From Candidatus Multivoradales bacterium (GTDB lineage: Bacteria > Acidobacteriota > Thermoanaerobaculia > Multivoradales > J023), in NCBI GenBank assembly GCA_965248925.1, contig CBDFLE010000006.1, forward strand, positions 963,700 through 1,027,699: a stretch of DNA of 64,000 nucleotides. The letters are read 5' to 3'. Within the stretch, counting starts at the first letter, position 1. Each line of letters begins with the position of its first letter. Shown one piece after another: positions 19,061 through 27,594 of this stretch. The position numbers and the translations under genes were made by a program. The notes beneath the pieces are model-generated. The model was not told the DNA's origin. It searched no databases and was given only the letters and a program-made list of their open reading frames with translations.

Positions 19061-19798
19061 TCAATCCTCATCCTCGGCTGGGAAGAGTAGGTTCTCGACC
19101 ACCTCCTCGCCGCGCAGGCGAAGCTCGCAGGTCGGCTTGCCGAGGGGCTCCAGAGTGCGATCCGGGTGACAAAGCAGGGCACCGCCAAATGGCACCCCGT
19201 AGCCTGGGGTGTGCGGGCCCGCTCGCTGAACCCCTTCCTTGAGAGTCCGCCAGCCACTGGCCTCCTCGTGGGCACCGATCAGGTAAGGCAGGATCTTGGA
19301 GGTCTCGATCCACTCACCGGTCGGACTCCAGCCACCCAGACCTAGCTGGACCGAGCCTGCGGAAACACCGATCAACAGGGCTCCCTCGCGATGGCGACGC
19401 TCCAAGCTAGATGCCAGGCCATTGCGCTCGAAAGCCCGCCAGCCGCGCTCCACATCGCCACCGGCGAGCAAGATCAGATGAGCGTCTTCGAAGAAGTGAA
19501 AATCCTCGGCCTCCAGCTCGCTCGGGATCATCCGCCGCTGCTCGACACCGGCCTCGTCCATCGCCGCCTCGAAGATCGAGTAGAAGGATGGATCGTCGCC
19601 ATTGGACGCGCCGACATAGGCCGCCAACGGCCGCGGGGTGGGCAGCTGTCGGCACAGCGAGCCGAGGAAGGACTCGCCGCCGCGGCGCCAGAATAGCGGC
19701 TGGCTATCAGCGAACAAATAGATCGGCTGCACATGAGCGCCAGGCTCTGCGTAGCGGATCTGGTCTAGTGCATCGGGCTCAACTGGGTTCTCGCTCAC
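19061..19798 (-). CDS. Peptidase S51 (PepE/cyanophycinase-like) family protein.
   Basis: ILLAGGDVERGW ... LIGVSAGSVQLG motif arrangement typical of S51. Confidence 0.55.
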   Translation of the reverse strand: MSENPVEPDALDQIRYAEPGAHVQPIYLFADSQPLFWRRGGESFLGSLCRQLPTPRPLAAYVGASNGDDPSFYSIFEAAMDEAGVEQRRMIPSELEAEDFHFFEDAHLILLAGGDVERGWRAFERNGLASSLERRHREGALLIGVSAGSVQLGLGGWSPTGEWIETSKILPYLIGAHEEASGWRTLKEGVQRAGPHTPGYGVPFGGALLCHPDRTLEPLGKPTCELRLRGEEVVENLLFPAEDED

Positions 19799-20104
19799 TA
19801 ATAGACTCCATCCGAAAGAAGGCCGAATCTATCAGCCCAACAGCCACCAGCGGCCCCACGAAGAGAATCTTCCACCGCCGACGACCAGATTCGACCGCCA
19901 ACTACGCGCCCTCCATGAAGGCGCTGATCGACAACGTTGGAGCGAAACTTCTTGGGCCTGGGACTGACACAAAATGGCCGTCGCTGGCAGCGCAATCCGC
20001 AGCATCAGGGGGAGCAACCGGGCAGGCCGAACCTTCCCGCCAGCCAAAGCCCGCGGGCAGGAAGGACCAGTACATTTAGAACGAGCAGGTGGAGCGGCAG
20101 ACGC

Positions 20105-20533
20105 CTACAAGCTGCGCTTCTTGCGCCGCAGATTGCGTCGGCTGCCCTTGGGCCGGGCGATACGTGCCGCGGCACCGCCGCCGGCACCGCCGCCGCCGCC
20201 GCCGCCGCCGCGGGGGGCACCACCGCCCCAATCGGACTCGAAGAAATCGCCGCCGCCCGCTGGCGGGCCACCACCGTAACGCGGGCCACGAGGCATTCGC
20301 GGTGAACGCGGACGGCGCTCAGCCGCCTCGCTCACCCGCAGCTGGCGTCCGCCAAGCTCATGCCCATCAAGTTTCTCGACCGCCTTGACGGCTTCTTCAG
20401 AGCTGGCGAACTCGACGAAGGCAAAGCCTCGCGGTCGGCCGGTGGCGCGATCGGTGGGGATAAACAGGTCGACGACTTCACCCACGTCGCCAAACAGGGT
20501 GGCGAGCTCGTCGCGAGTGGTTTGGAAGTTCAG
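20105..20533 (-). CDS. RRM-type RNA-binding protein with Gly/Arg-rich C-terminal tail. The start is non-canonical or uncertain.
   Basis: RNP-1 RGFAFVEF and RNP-2 KLFVGNL motifs. The RNP-2 motif lies upstream of the first ATG/GTG. Confidence 0.7.
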   Translation of the reverse strand: MNFQTTRDELATLFGDVGEVVDLFIPTDRATGRPRGFAFVEFASSEEAVKAVEKLDGHELGGRQLRVSEAAERRPRSPRMPRGPRYGGGPPAGGGDFFESDWGGGAPRGGGGGGGGAGGGAAARIARPKGSRRNLRRKKRSL

Positions 20534-20732
20534 ATTGCCGACGAAAAGCTTGGCTGCGATGACCTTTTCCTCTCTAATTCAGTGAACGTATACAAGGGGA
20601 TGTTAGCCGAGCAGCCGGCGACTGTCAAAACCCTATTTGCAAAGCCAATTATCTCTCCCTCCGCCGCCATCCCCCGCGCTTCGCGCGGCAGCCTATGGAC
20701 GCGGAGCCAAAGAGCCCTTGGCCGCCGCCGAC

Positions 20733-22682
20733 TCAGCGCTGCAAGTAGGTGTAGCCCTCCAGGCCTTGGCAGTAGAGGTCGATCAGCTGCCGGGCCTGCG
20801 AACGATTCATGCGGCCGGCCTCGAGGGCACCCTCGATATTGCGACGCAGCTGGCGTAGCAGCTGGCGATCATCATACTCGACATAGGCCAACACCTCGCT
20901 GATGGTATCTCCCGGTACGACGTGCTCAATCCGGTATCCACCGTCCTGGTCGAGCGAGGCGTGCACGGCATGGGTGTCGCCGAATAGATTGTGCAGATCG
21001 CCGAGGATCTCCTGATAGGCACCCACCAGGAAAGCTCCCAGGTAGTAGGGCTGCTGGTCGAGGGAGTGCAGCTCGAGTTCAGGCTGGCCACCCGGCGGGC
21101 CAATGAAGCAGTCGACAACCCCGTCCGAATCGCAAGTTATGTCGGCCAGCACACCACGACGGCTGGGGAACTCATCCAGGCGATGGATCGGCATCAGCGG
21201 GAAAAGCTGGTCGATGGCCCAAGTATCGGGTAACGACTGGAACAAGGAGAAGTTGGTGAAGTAGATGTCCGCAAGCCGCCGGCCGAGAACCTCAAGCTCA
21301 CCGGCAGGTGCGGCGCAGGCGGCACGCTGCAACTGCCAAACCCGACGACAGAGGGCCTCGAAGATGTCTTCAGCCAGCACTCGCTCCTCAAGCGACAAGT
21401 GGCCAAGATTAAACAGGCTGAGGCATTCGTCGCGATACTGCAAGGCGTCGTGATACGCCTGGCGGCAGGTCGTCGCGTTGAGCCCATGAAAGGCCTGCAG
21501 CAGATGCACCAAGGGCGGCTCGGCGTCGGCGGGAGGTGCCGACGGGATCTCAACCCGCCGCGGCTGGCGCACGTCGAGGACTTCGAGCACTAACACCGCA
21601 TGGTGCGCCACCGTCGCTCGGCCAGCTTCGCTCACCACCACCGGATGGGGCACTCCCTCGGCATCACAGATCTCTTGAATACCGAAAATCACGCCGTTGG
21701 CGTACTCCTGCAGGGAGTAGTCGATCGACGAGCCCGCGCTCGACCGCGAGCCGTCGTAGTCGACCCCGAGACCACCGCCTACATCGAAGTAGCCCAAGGG
21801 CGCGCCGAGGCGGATCAACTGCACGTAGACCCGCGCCGCCTCACGCCAGGCTTCCTTGAGATTGCGAATCGAAGAGACTTGGCTACCGAGGTGAAAGTGC
21901 AACAGTTCGAGCCGGTCGAGCAAACCCCGACGGCGCAGCAGCGCCACCGCCTCGACCATCTCGCGAGCGCCGAGGCCAAATTTGGAGCGCGCACCCGCAG
22001 AAGCCTGCCAATGGCCCGAACCGCGGGTCGCCAGCCGGGCGCGCAGGCCAAGCCGCGGCGCAACCCCAGTTCGCTGAGCCACCTGCAATATCAGCGGCAG
22101 CTCTGCCGGCTTCTCCAGCACCAGGATGACCCGCGGCCCAAGTCGCGACGCCAGCAGAGCCGCCTCGATGTACTGCTCATCCTTGTAGCCGTTGCAGATC
22201 ACCAAAGCCTCAGGATTGTCGAGCAGCGACATCACCGCCAGCAGCTCAGGCTTGCTGCCGGCTTCCAGGCCATAGTGAAACGGCCGGCCGGCCGCCACCA
22301 GCTCTTCGACCAGAAAGCGGTTCTGATTCACCTTGATCGGGTAGACCGGGCGATAGGCAGCCTGGTAGCCATGGGCTGCGATGGCGTTGGCGAAGGCACT
22401 TTGAATCTCCGCCAACCGTGCCTTGAGGACATCGGAGAAGCGAATCAGCAGCGGCGGATCGATGCCCCGTTCGACGATCTCATCCACCAACCGTTTGAGA
22501 TCCAGCCCGCCACTACCGACCACCTCCGGCGCCACCTCGATGTGGCCGCGGGGGTTGATCGAGAAAAATCCTCGGCCCCAACTGTCGACCCGGTAGAGCT
22601 CGCGAGAATCTTTGATCGTCCAGCAGGCCTCGGCGGGGCGCGAAGACGGTCTTGCGGCATTGGCTCGGAGTCGGCTGGACAT
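20733..22682 (-). CDS. speA: Biosynthetic arginine decarboxylase.
   Basis: YPIKVNQ, HFHLGSQ, DVGGGLGVDYDGS and WTIKDSRELYRVDSWGRGFFSIN N-terminal signature. Start is ATG at 22682 or 22688. Confidence 0.9.
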   Translation of the reverse strand: MSSRLRANAARPSSRPAEACWTIKDSRELYRVDSWGRGFFSINPRGHIEVAPEVVGSGGLDLKRLVDEIVERGIDPPLLIRFSDVLKARLAEIQSAFANAIAAHGYQAAYRPVYPIKVNQNRFLVEELVAAGRPFHYGLEAGSKPELLAVMSLLDNPEALVICNGYKDEQYIEAALLASRLGPRVILVLEKPAELPLILQVAQRTGVAPRLGLRARLATRGSGHWQASAGARSKFGLGAREMVEAVALLRRRGLLDRLELLHFHLGSQVSSIRNLKEAWREAARVYVQLIRLGAPLGYFDVGGGLGVDYDGSRSSAGSSIDYSLQEYANGVIFGIQEICDAEGVPHPVVVSEAGRATVAHHAVLVLEVLDVRQPRRVEIPSAPPADAEPPLVHLLQAFHGLNATTCRQAYHDALQYRDECLSLFNLGHLSLEERVLAEDIFEALCRRVWQLQRAACAAPAGELEVLGRRLADIYFTNFSLFQSLPDTWAIDQLFPLMPIHRLDEFPSRRGVLADITCDSDGVVDCFIGPPGGQPELELHSLDQQPYYLGAFLVGAYQEILGDLHNLFGDTHAVHASLDQDGGYRIEHVVPGDTISEVLAYVEYDDRQLLRQLRRNIEGALEAGRMNRSQARQLIDLYCQGLEGYTYLQR

Positions 22683-22847
22683 CGGCATGGCCCTCGCGGT
22701 CTGGCGCCCTCGGAATCTGACCCACCGATCCGACCCTCCAGCAGAAGGAACCATCCCAGGAAAGGAGTGGGTTCTAGCACGCGGATGAACGGCCTCGGCG
22801 ACAAGATCCGGCAGTGATCGAAGTCTGGTCTGAGGCCCACGGCCCAC

Positions 22848-23151
22848 GACAATCTACAACTCTAGCAAGGCTGTCGACCAGCTTCTAGAAGGAAACACCG
22901 AGAACCACCGGGTGATCACCTGGAGCCTATCGGTTAGCAATCTAAGTATGCTAAAATTATAGGTTAGCTATTCAAGCTATTCAGATGTCAAGAGGAGTGC
23001 GAGGTCTTGGTGGAGGTCTCTCCCTAAGGGTTCTTGAGTGTCTGCAATCTAGTAATTTCTCTTTATCGACTAGGAAAAAAGCGTTTCTATTCGGTTCGTA
23101 GGTCTGTTTCTTTTACGGACCGCTGCCCGTGGAGCGGTTCAGTTATCCGCT
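22848..23151. promoter_or_regulatory. AT-rich intergenic/regulatory region between divergent speA and the TIR gene, with imperfect direct repeats ggttagcaatctaag / ggttagctattcaag.
   Basis: Marked local GC drop. Repeated ggttagc motifs read directly. Confidence 0.45.
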
Positions 23152-24645
23152 GTGATGCCGATCGAGACTGATATTTTCATCAGTTACGCCCACCTCGACA
23201 ACGAGGTCGTCGGAGCTGAGACCGAAGGGTGGATCTCATGCTTCCACCGCTCTCTGGAAGTCCGCTTGGCCCAGCTGCTGGGTCACAAGCCACGGATCTG
23301 GCGCGATCCCAAGCTGCAGGGAAACGACTACTTCGGCGACGAGGTCAGCGAGCAGCTGCCCCGCGTGGCCACCCTGATCCCGGTCTTGACGCCACGCTAT
23401 ATCCGCTCCGAATAGTGCCAGCGAGAGCTGGAGACTTTCCTGGCCGAAAGCCGCTACGCCGGCCGCGAGCGGATCGGCAACCAGGCCACGGTTTTCAAGA
23501 TCGTCAAGACACCGATCCCGATCACCGAGCAACCCACGCCGATCCAGGACCTGCTGGGCTACGACTTCTTCAAGCTCGACCCCAAAACTCTGCGAGTTCG
23601 CGAGCTCAGCCAATCACAGGAATCTGAATACCAGCGCGAATACTGGGCTCGCTTCGAAGATCTGGCACAGGACATCGGCAAGCTGCTCGAGCAGCTTGCC
23701 GACGACGACCCACCCTCTACCCCGGCAGCCGGCCAGAGAAACCGGGGCAAGGTCTATCTGGCCGACACCACCTTCGACCTGCGCGAGTCCCGCGACGCCC
23801 TGAAGCGCGACCTGCAGCAGCACTGCTACACCGTGCTGCCCGACCGCACTTTGCCACCGATCGCTCCGGAGCTCGAAGCTACGGTTGCTGCGGGGCTGGC
23901 CGAGACGGCCCTCTCGATCCACCCGATCGGCGCCAATTACGGCTTCGTTCCTGAAGGCGCCACTTGCTCGGTGCTGGAGATCCAGAATGAGCTGGCCATC
24001 GCTCGCCATATCGAGGGCGGCATGCAGCGGTTGATCTGGATCCCCTCCGATCTGGTGATCGAGGATCCGCGTCAGCTCGCTTTCGTCGACCTACTGCGCC
24101 AGGACACGCGTGCTCAAACCGGCGCTGATCTGATGGAGACCACGCTCGAAGACTTCAAGCTGGTCATGCATCAGAAGCTCGCCCCACCACCTGAAGACGA
24201 AGCTACCGATGGCGATAGTGATGGCGATGGCGACCCGCTGCAACGCGTCTACCTGATCTGCGATCGGCGCGATTTCGAAGCCGTCGCGACCCTTGAAGAC
24301 CGTCTCGTTGACCTTGGCTTCGAGGTCATCCTGCCGGCCTTCGACGGCGACGAGGCGCAGGTCCGCGAAGACCACCTGGAGAATCTCAAAATCTGTCAGG
24401 CGGTGCTGATCTTCTGGGGTCAGGCCAACGAGTTCTGGCTCCGCGCCAAGCTGCGCGACCTGCTCAAGATCGGTGGCTACGGTCGCCGCCAGCCCCTGGC
24501 TGCCAAAGCGATCTGGGTAGGCTCGCCAGCCAGCCCACGCAAGCAGCGTCTACGCACCCATGAGGCCGCAGTGATCCATGCCGAGGCCGGCTTCGACGAC
24601 GCCCTCCTCGGCCCATTCCTGGAACATCTGGCAACCCCCGAGTGA
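23152..24645 (+). pseudogene. TIR-domain protein (N-terminal TIR plus two further TIR/SLOG-like modules), interrupted by an in-frame TAG at 23413-23415.
   Basis: DIFISYAHLDNE TIR start. Frame 1 is continuous from 23152 to 24645 except for one amber codon. Read-through gives ...PRYIRSE[*]CQRELETFL, so the stop sits at the conserved Trp of the TIR SxWCxxEL motif (TGG to TAG). Confidence 0.7.
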
Positions 24646-25440
24646 TGAGCTGCGTTCAGCCAATCAACCTCGACAACCCGTTTCCGGGCCTGCGCGCCTT
24701 CGAACCAGAAGAGGAGCATCTGTTCTTTGGCCGCGAAGAGCAGGTCGACGAGCTGATGCGGCGACTGCGTCGCACCCGTTTCCTGACCGTCGTCGGCAGC
24801 TCGGGCAGCGGCAAATCGTCGCTGGTGCGCTCGGGATTGATCCCGGCGCTGCACAGCGGCTACATGGTGGAGGCCGGCTCGAGCTGGCGCATCACCGTCT
24901 TCAGGCCCGGCGACGATCCGATCGGCAACCTTGCCGAAGCGTTGGTCGATCCGGAGGTGATCGGTGATCCCGAGCAGCCGCCGGCGATGCTGCGCGGCAT
25001 CCTCGAAGCAACCTTACGACGCGGCAACCGCGGCCTGCTCGAGGCGGTTCGCCAGGCCAAGATGGGGAAGCACGACAACCTGATGTTGGTGGTCGATCAG
25101 TTCGAGGAGATCTTCCGCTTCAAGCGTAGCGCCAACAAATCGGCGGTGGGCGATGCCGCCGCCTTTCTCAAGCTGCTGCTTGAAGCCGCCAAGCCAGACG
25201 ATCTGCGAGTCTACATAGTGCTCACCATGCGCTCCGATTTCCTCGGTAGCTGTGTCGAATTCCACCGTTTGCCAGAAGCGATCAACCAAGGCCAGTACCT
25301 CGTACCGCGGATGACCCGTGACGAACGTCGGGCGGCGATCGAAAGCCCAGTGGCGGTAGCCGGTGGCGAGATCTCTCCCCGCCTGTCGCTGCGACTGCTC
25401 AATGATGTCGGTGACAATCCCGATCAGCTGCCGATCCTGC
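24645..25440 (+). pseudogene. STAND/NACHT-like P-loop NTPase, 3'-truncated (N-terminal ~265 aa only).
   Basis: NPFPGLRAFEPEEEHLFFGREEQVDELMRRL, Walker A VVGSSGSGKSSL, Walker B LMLVVDQFEE. Homology stops abruptly after DQLPIL, where the LPLLQHAL-type motif is expected. Translationally coupled to the TIR gene (TGATG). Confidence 0.65.
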
Positions 25441-26888
25441 CAGGGCAACGATCGCACCCTCTTTCTGATCGATGGAGTGGAGGAGAACGATCTGTGGTCG
25501 AACATCGCCTATCTTTCGCGCCAATACCCGCTGTCCGACATCGACCGCATCGAGGTGGTCTACGGCCCGGCATCGACCATGTATGGCCCCAATGCTTTCG
25601 TCGGGGTGATCTCGATCTTGACCAAGAACGCCCGCCAACTAGTCGCCGCGGGCGAACGCATGGCGCTCCGCGCCGAGGCCGGCGGTGGTAGCTGGTCGAC
25701 TTCCTGGGTCGACGCCACGGTGGCGGCGCGCAGTGACTCTGGCAGCGTCGACTTCACCCTCACCGGCCGCTTCTACAGCTCGGAGGAGTTTGACCGCTCG
25801 AGCTTTGCCGACTGGGACTACGACCCGTCCTTCTACGCTCCGGAGAACGACGCGGTGCGCGGTGGCAGCAATTACCGCGGCCTCAACACCGAGCAGACCG
25901 AGCGCGCCCGCGACGATCTCAAGCTGGTGCTCGGCGGACGCCTCGACAACAACGACGCCGGGGCCCGGGTCGGGGTGCTCGACGCCGCGGGAAATCCGCT
26001 GGTGGTGACCGGCGCTATGGCAGTGAGTTCAATCCCCGCCTGGCGGTGGTCTACAGCCCCGGTGATCTGGTCCTCAAAGCGATTTACGCAGAGGCCTTCA
26101 AGGACGCCTCGAATTTCAACCGGTACGCCACCGCCGCCGGCATTCGGGACCTGCAGAACCCGTTTCTCAAGCCTGAGAAAATGGAGAATTTTGAGCTCGC
26201 CCTGGGCTGGGAGGGGGCGGCCCGGTGGAGCACTCAAACCAGCATCTACCAGGCAACCTACAGTGGCGCGGTCGGCCAAGTGCGGGTGCCGTTTCAGGGC
26301 GGCAGCACCGTCCAAAACCAGAATGTCGGCGCTCTCAAGATCCACGGACTGACGACCTCCGCGCGGTACCGGCGCGAGGGCTTCGGACTGTTCGCCAACT
26401 ACAGCTGGACCGAGCCGAAGAACCTCCAGCCCAGGGACAGCGCGGGCGACCGCTACCTCGACCCCGACGGCCGGCCAATCGCTGAGGTGCGGCTTGGCGA
26501 CATCGCCGAGCACCGTCTCAACCTGGGCCTCGACCTGGCATGGCGGGTGCACTTCGAGTTCGACCTGCGGCTGTCATGGGTCGGTGACCGCGACACCTTC
26601 GATGTTTGCAGCAACTGCCTGCCAGGTGGAGGCACCAGAGACGGCGAGCCTCCAGCGATGGCGACTGTCGGCAATCCGCTGCGCGAGATCGACGCCTATC
26701 TCGATGTCAACGCCACTCTGACCTGGAAAGATCCACTGCCCGCCAGCCGCCTGCAGCTGGTGCTGCGGAATCTGCTCGACAGCGAGTACGAGCACCCCGG
26801 AGTCCGCAGCGCCGATGGCAGGGTGTTCGCCACCAGCCAGCCGCAGAACGAGCGCAGCATCTTCCTCCGCTGGGCGGTGGGATTCTGA
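25440..26888 (+). pseudogene. TonB-dependent receptor remnant: 5'-truncated (starts mid plug domain) with an internal frameshift near 26000-26045.
   Basis: DRTLFLIDGVEENDLW...IDRIEVVYGPASTMYGPNAFVGVISILTK plug motifs with no signal peptide or TonB box. Frame switch before EFNPRLAVVYSP. C-terminal LRWAVGF. Confidence 0.65.
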
Positions 26889-26912
26889 GCCGGTGGAACC
26901 ACGAAGAAATCC

Positions 26913-27594
26913 GTTGGGCAGCCGGCCAGCGACTCGCGTCGACTTCATCAAGACTTCGCCGAGCGGCAACATCACGGCGCTGGTGCTACCGCTGGTGAAG
27001 CGCTCGCGGCAGGTCGAGATCGCCCATCGCCTGCTGCGCTACGACCCGCAGCTCGAGCAGGTCGGATTCGTCGAGCCCGCAGCGGGCAAAGCTATGGCCC
27101 GACTACAGATGATGGGCGGCGAACTGTGCGGCAACGGCGCCTGTGCGCTGGCCTGGCATCTGCGATCCCAGGTCGAACCAGTGGCCGAAGGTAGGCGCCG
27201 CCTGCGGCGGGCGATCATCAGCCCCCACAACCTGCCGTCTCTAGCCACTTTTCTCAACCACTGCGGCCATCTGGTAGAGCACTCCTACCCTCAGCTGCGG
27301 GGCTACGGCGAGCCCCGGTTGGCGGTGTGTGCGCAGCTCAGCGGCGCTGCCGATCTACACTACCGCATCGATCCAGCCTGCCTCGATCAACAGCTGGGGA
27401 GCGGCCAGGAAGGCGAAGACCATCTGCTGATCGATGGCACCAACCCGGCCGCTCTGCAGACCGCCCAGGCGCGGGGCTTCTACCCGGTGGCCCTACTGCC
27501 CTACACCGAAGACAGCGCCACTACGCACCTGCTGGGGTTACCCGCCAAGCGTCTCGCACTGCGCTATTCTGGGCCGCCCGCAAGGGTCGACTGA
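26913..27594 (+). CDS. DapF/PhzF-like epimerase-fold protein (hypothetical).
   Basis: VDFIKTSPSGNITALV and MMGGELCGNGACALAWHL resemble DapF FxKMHGxGNDF and CGNG active-site motifs. Putative TTG start. Confidence 0.35.

Noticed and set aside
19411-20079. 222-aa plus-strand ORF in the S51-RRM intergenic region
   Set aside because: Extreme Arg/Ser/Pro-rich low-complexity translation typical of GC-rich non-coding or antisense sequence.
20150-20230. Run of (GCC/CGG)n repeats, briefly considered as a repeat array or CRISPR-like element
   Set aside because: It is the in-frame (GGC)n encoding the Gly-run of the RRM protein C-terminal tail. No spacer/repeat periodicity.
20660-20690. GC-rich hairpin cgcgcttcgcgcg downstream of speA, considered as an intrinsic terminator
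   Set aside because: 5-bp stem with no following U-tract on the transcribed strand. Not convincing as a rho-independent terminator.
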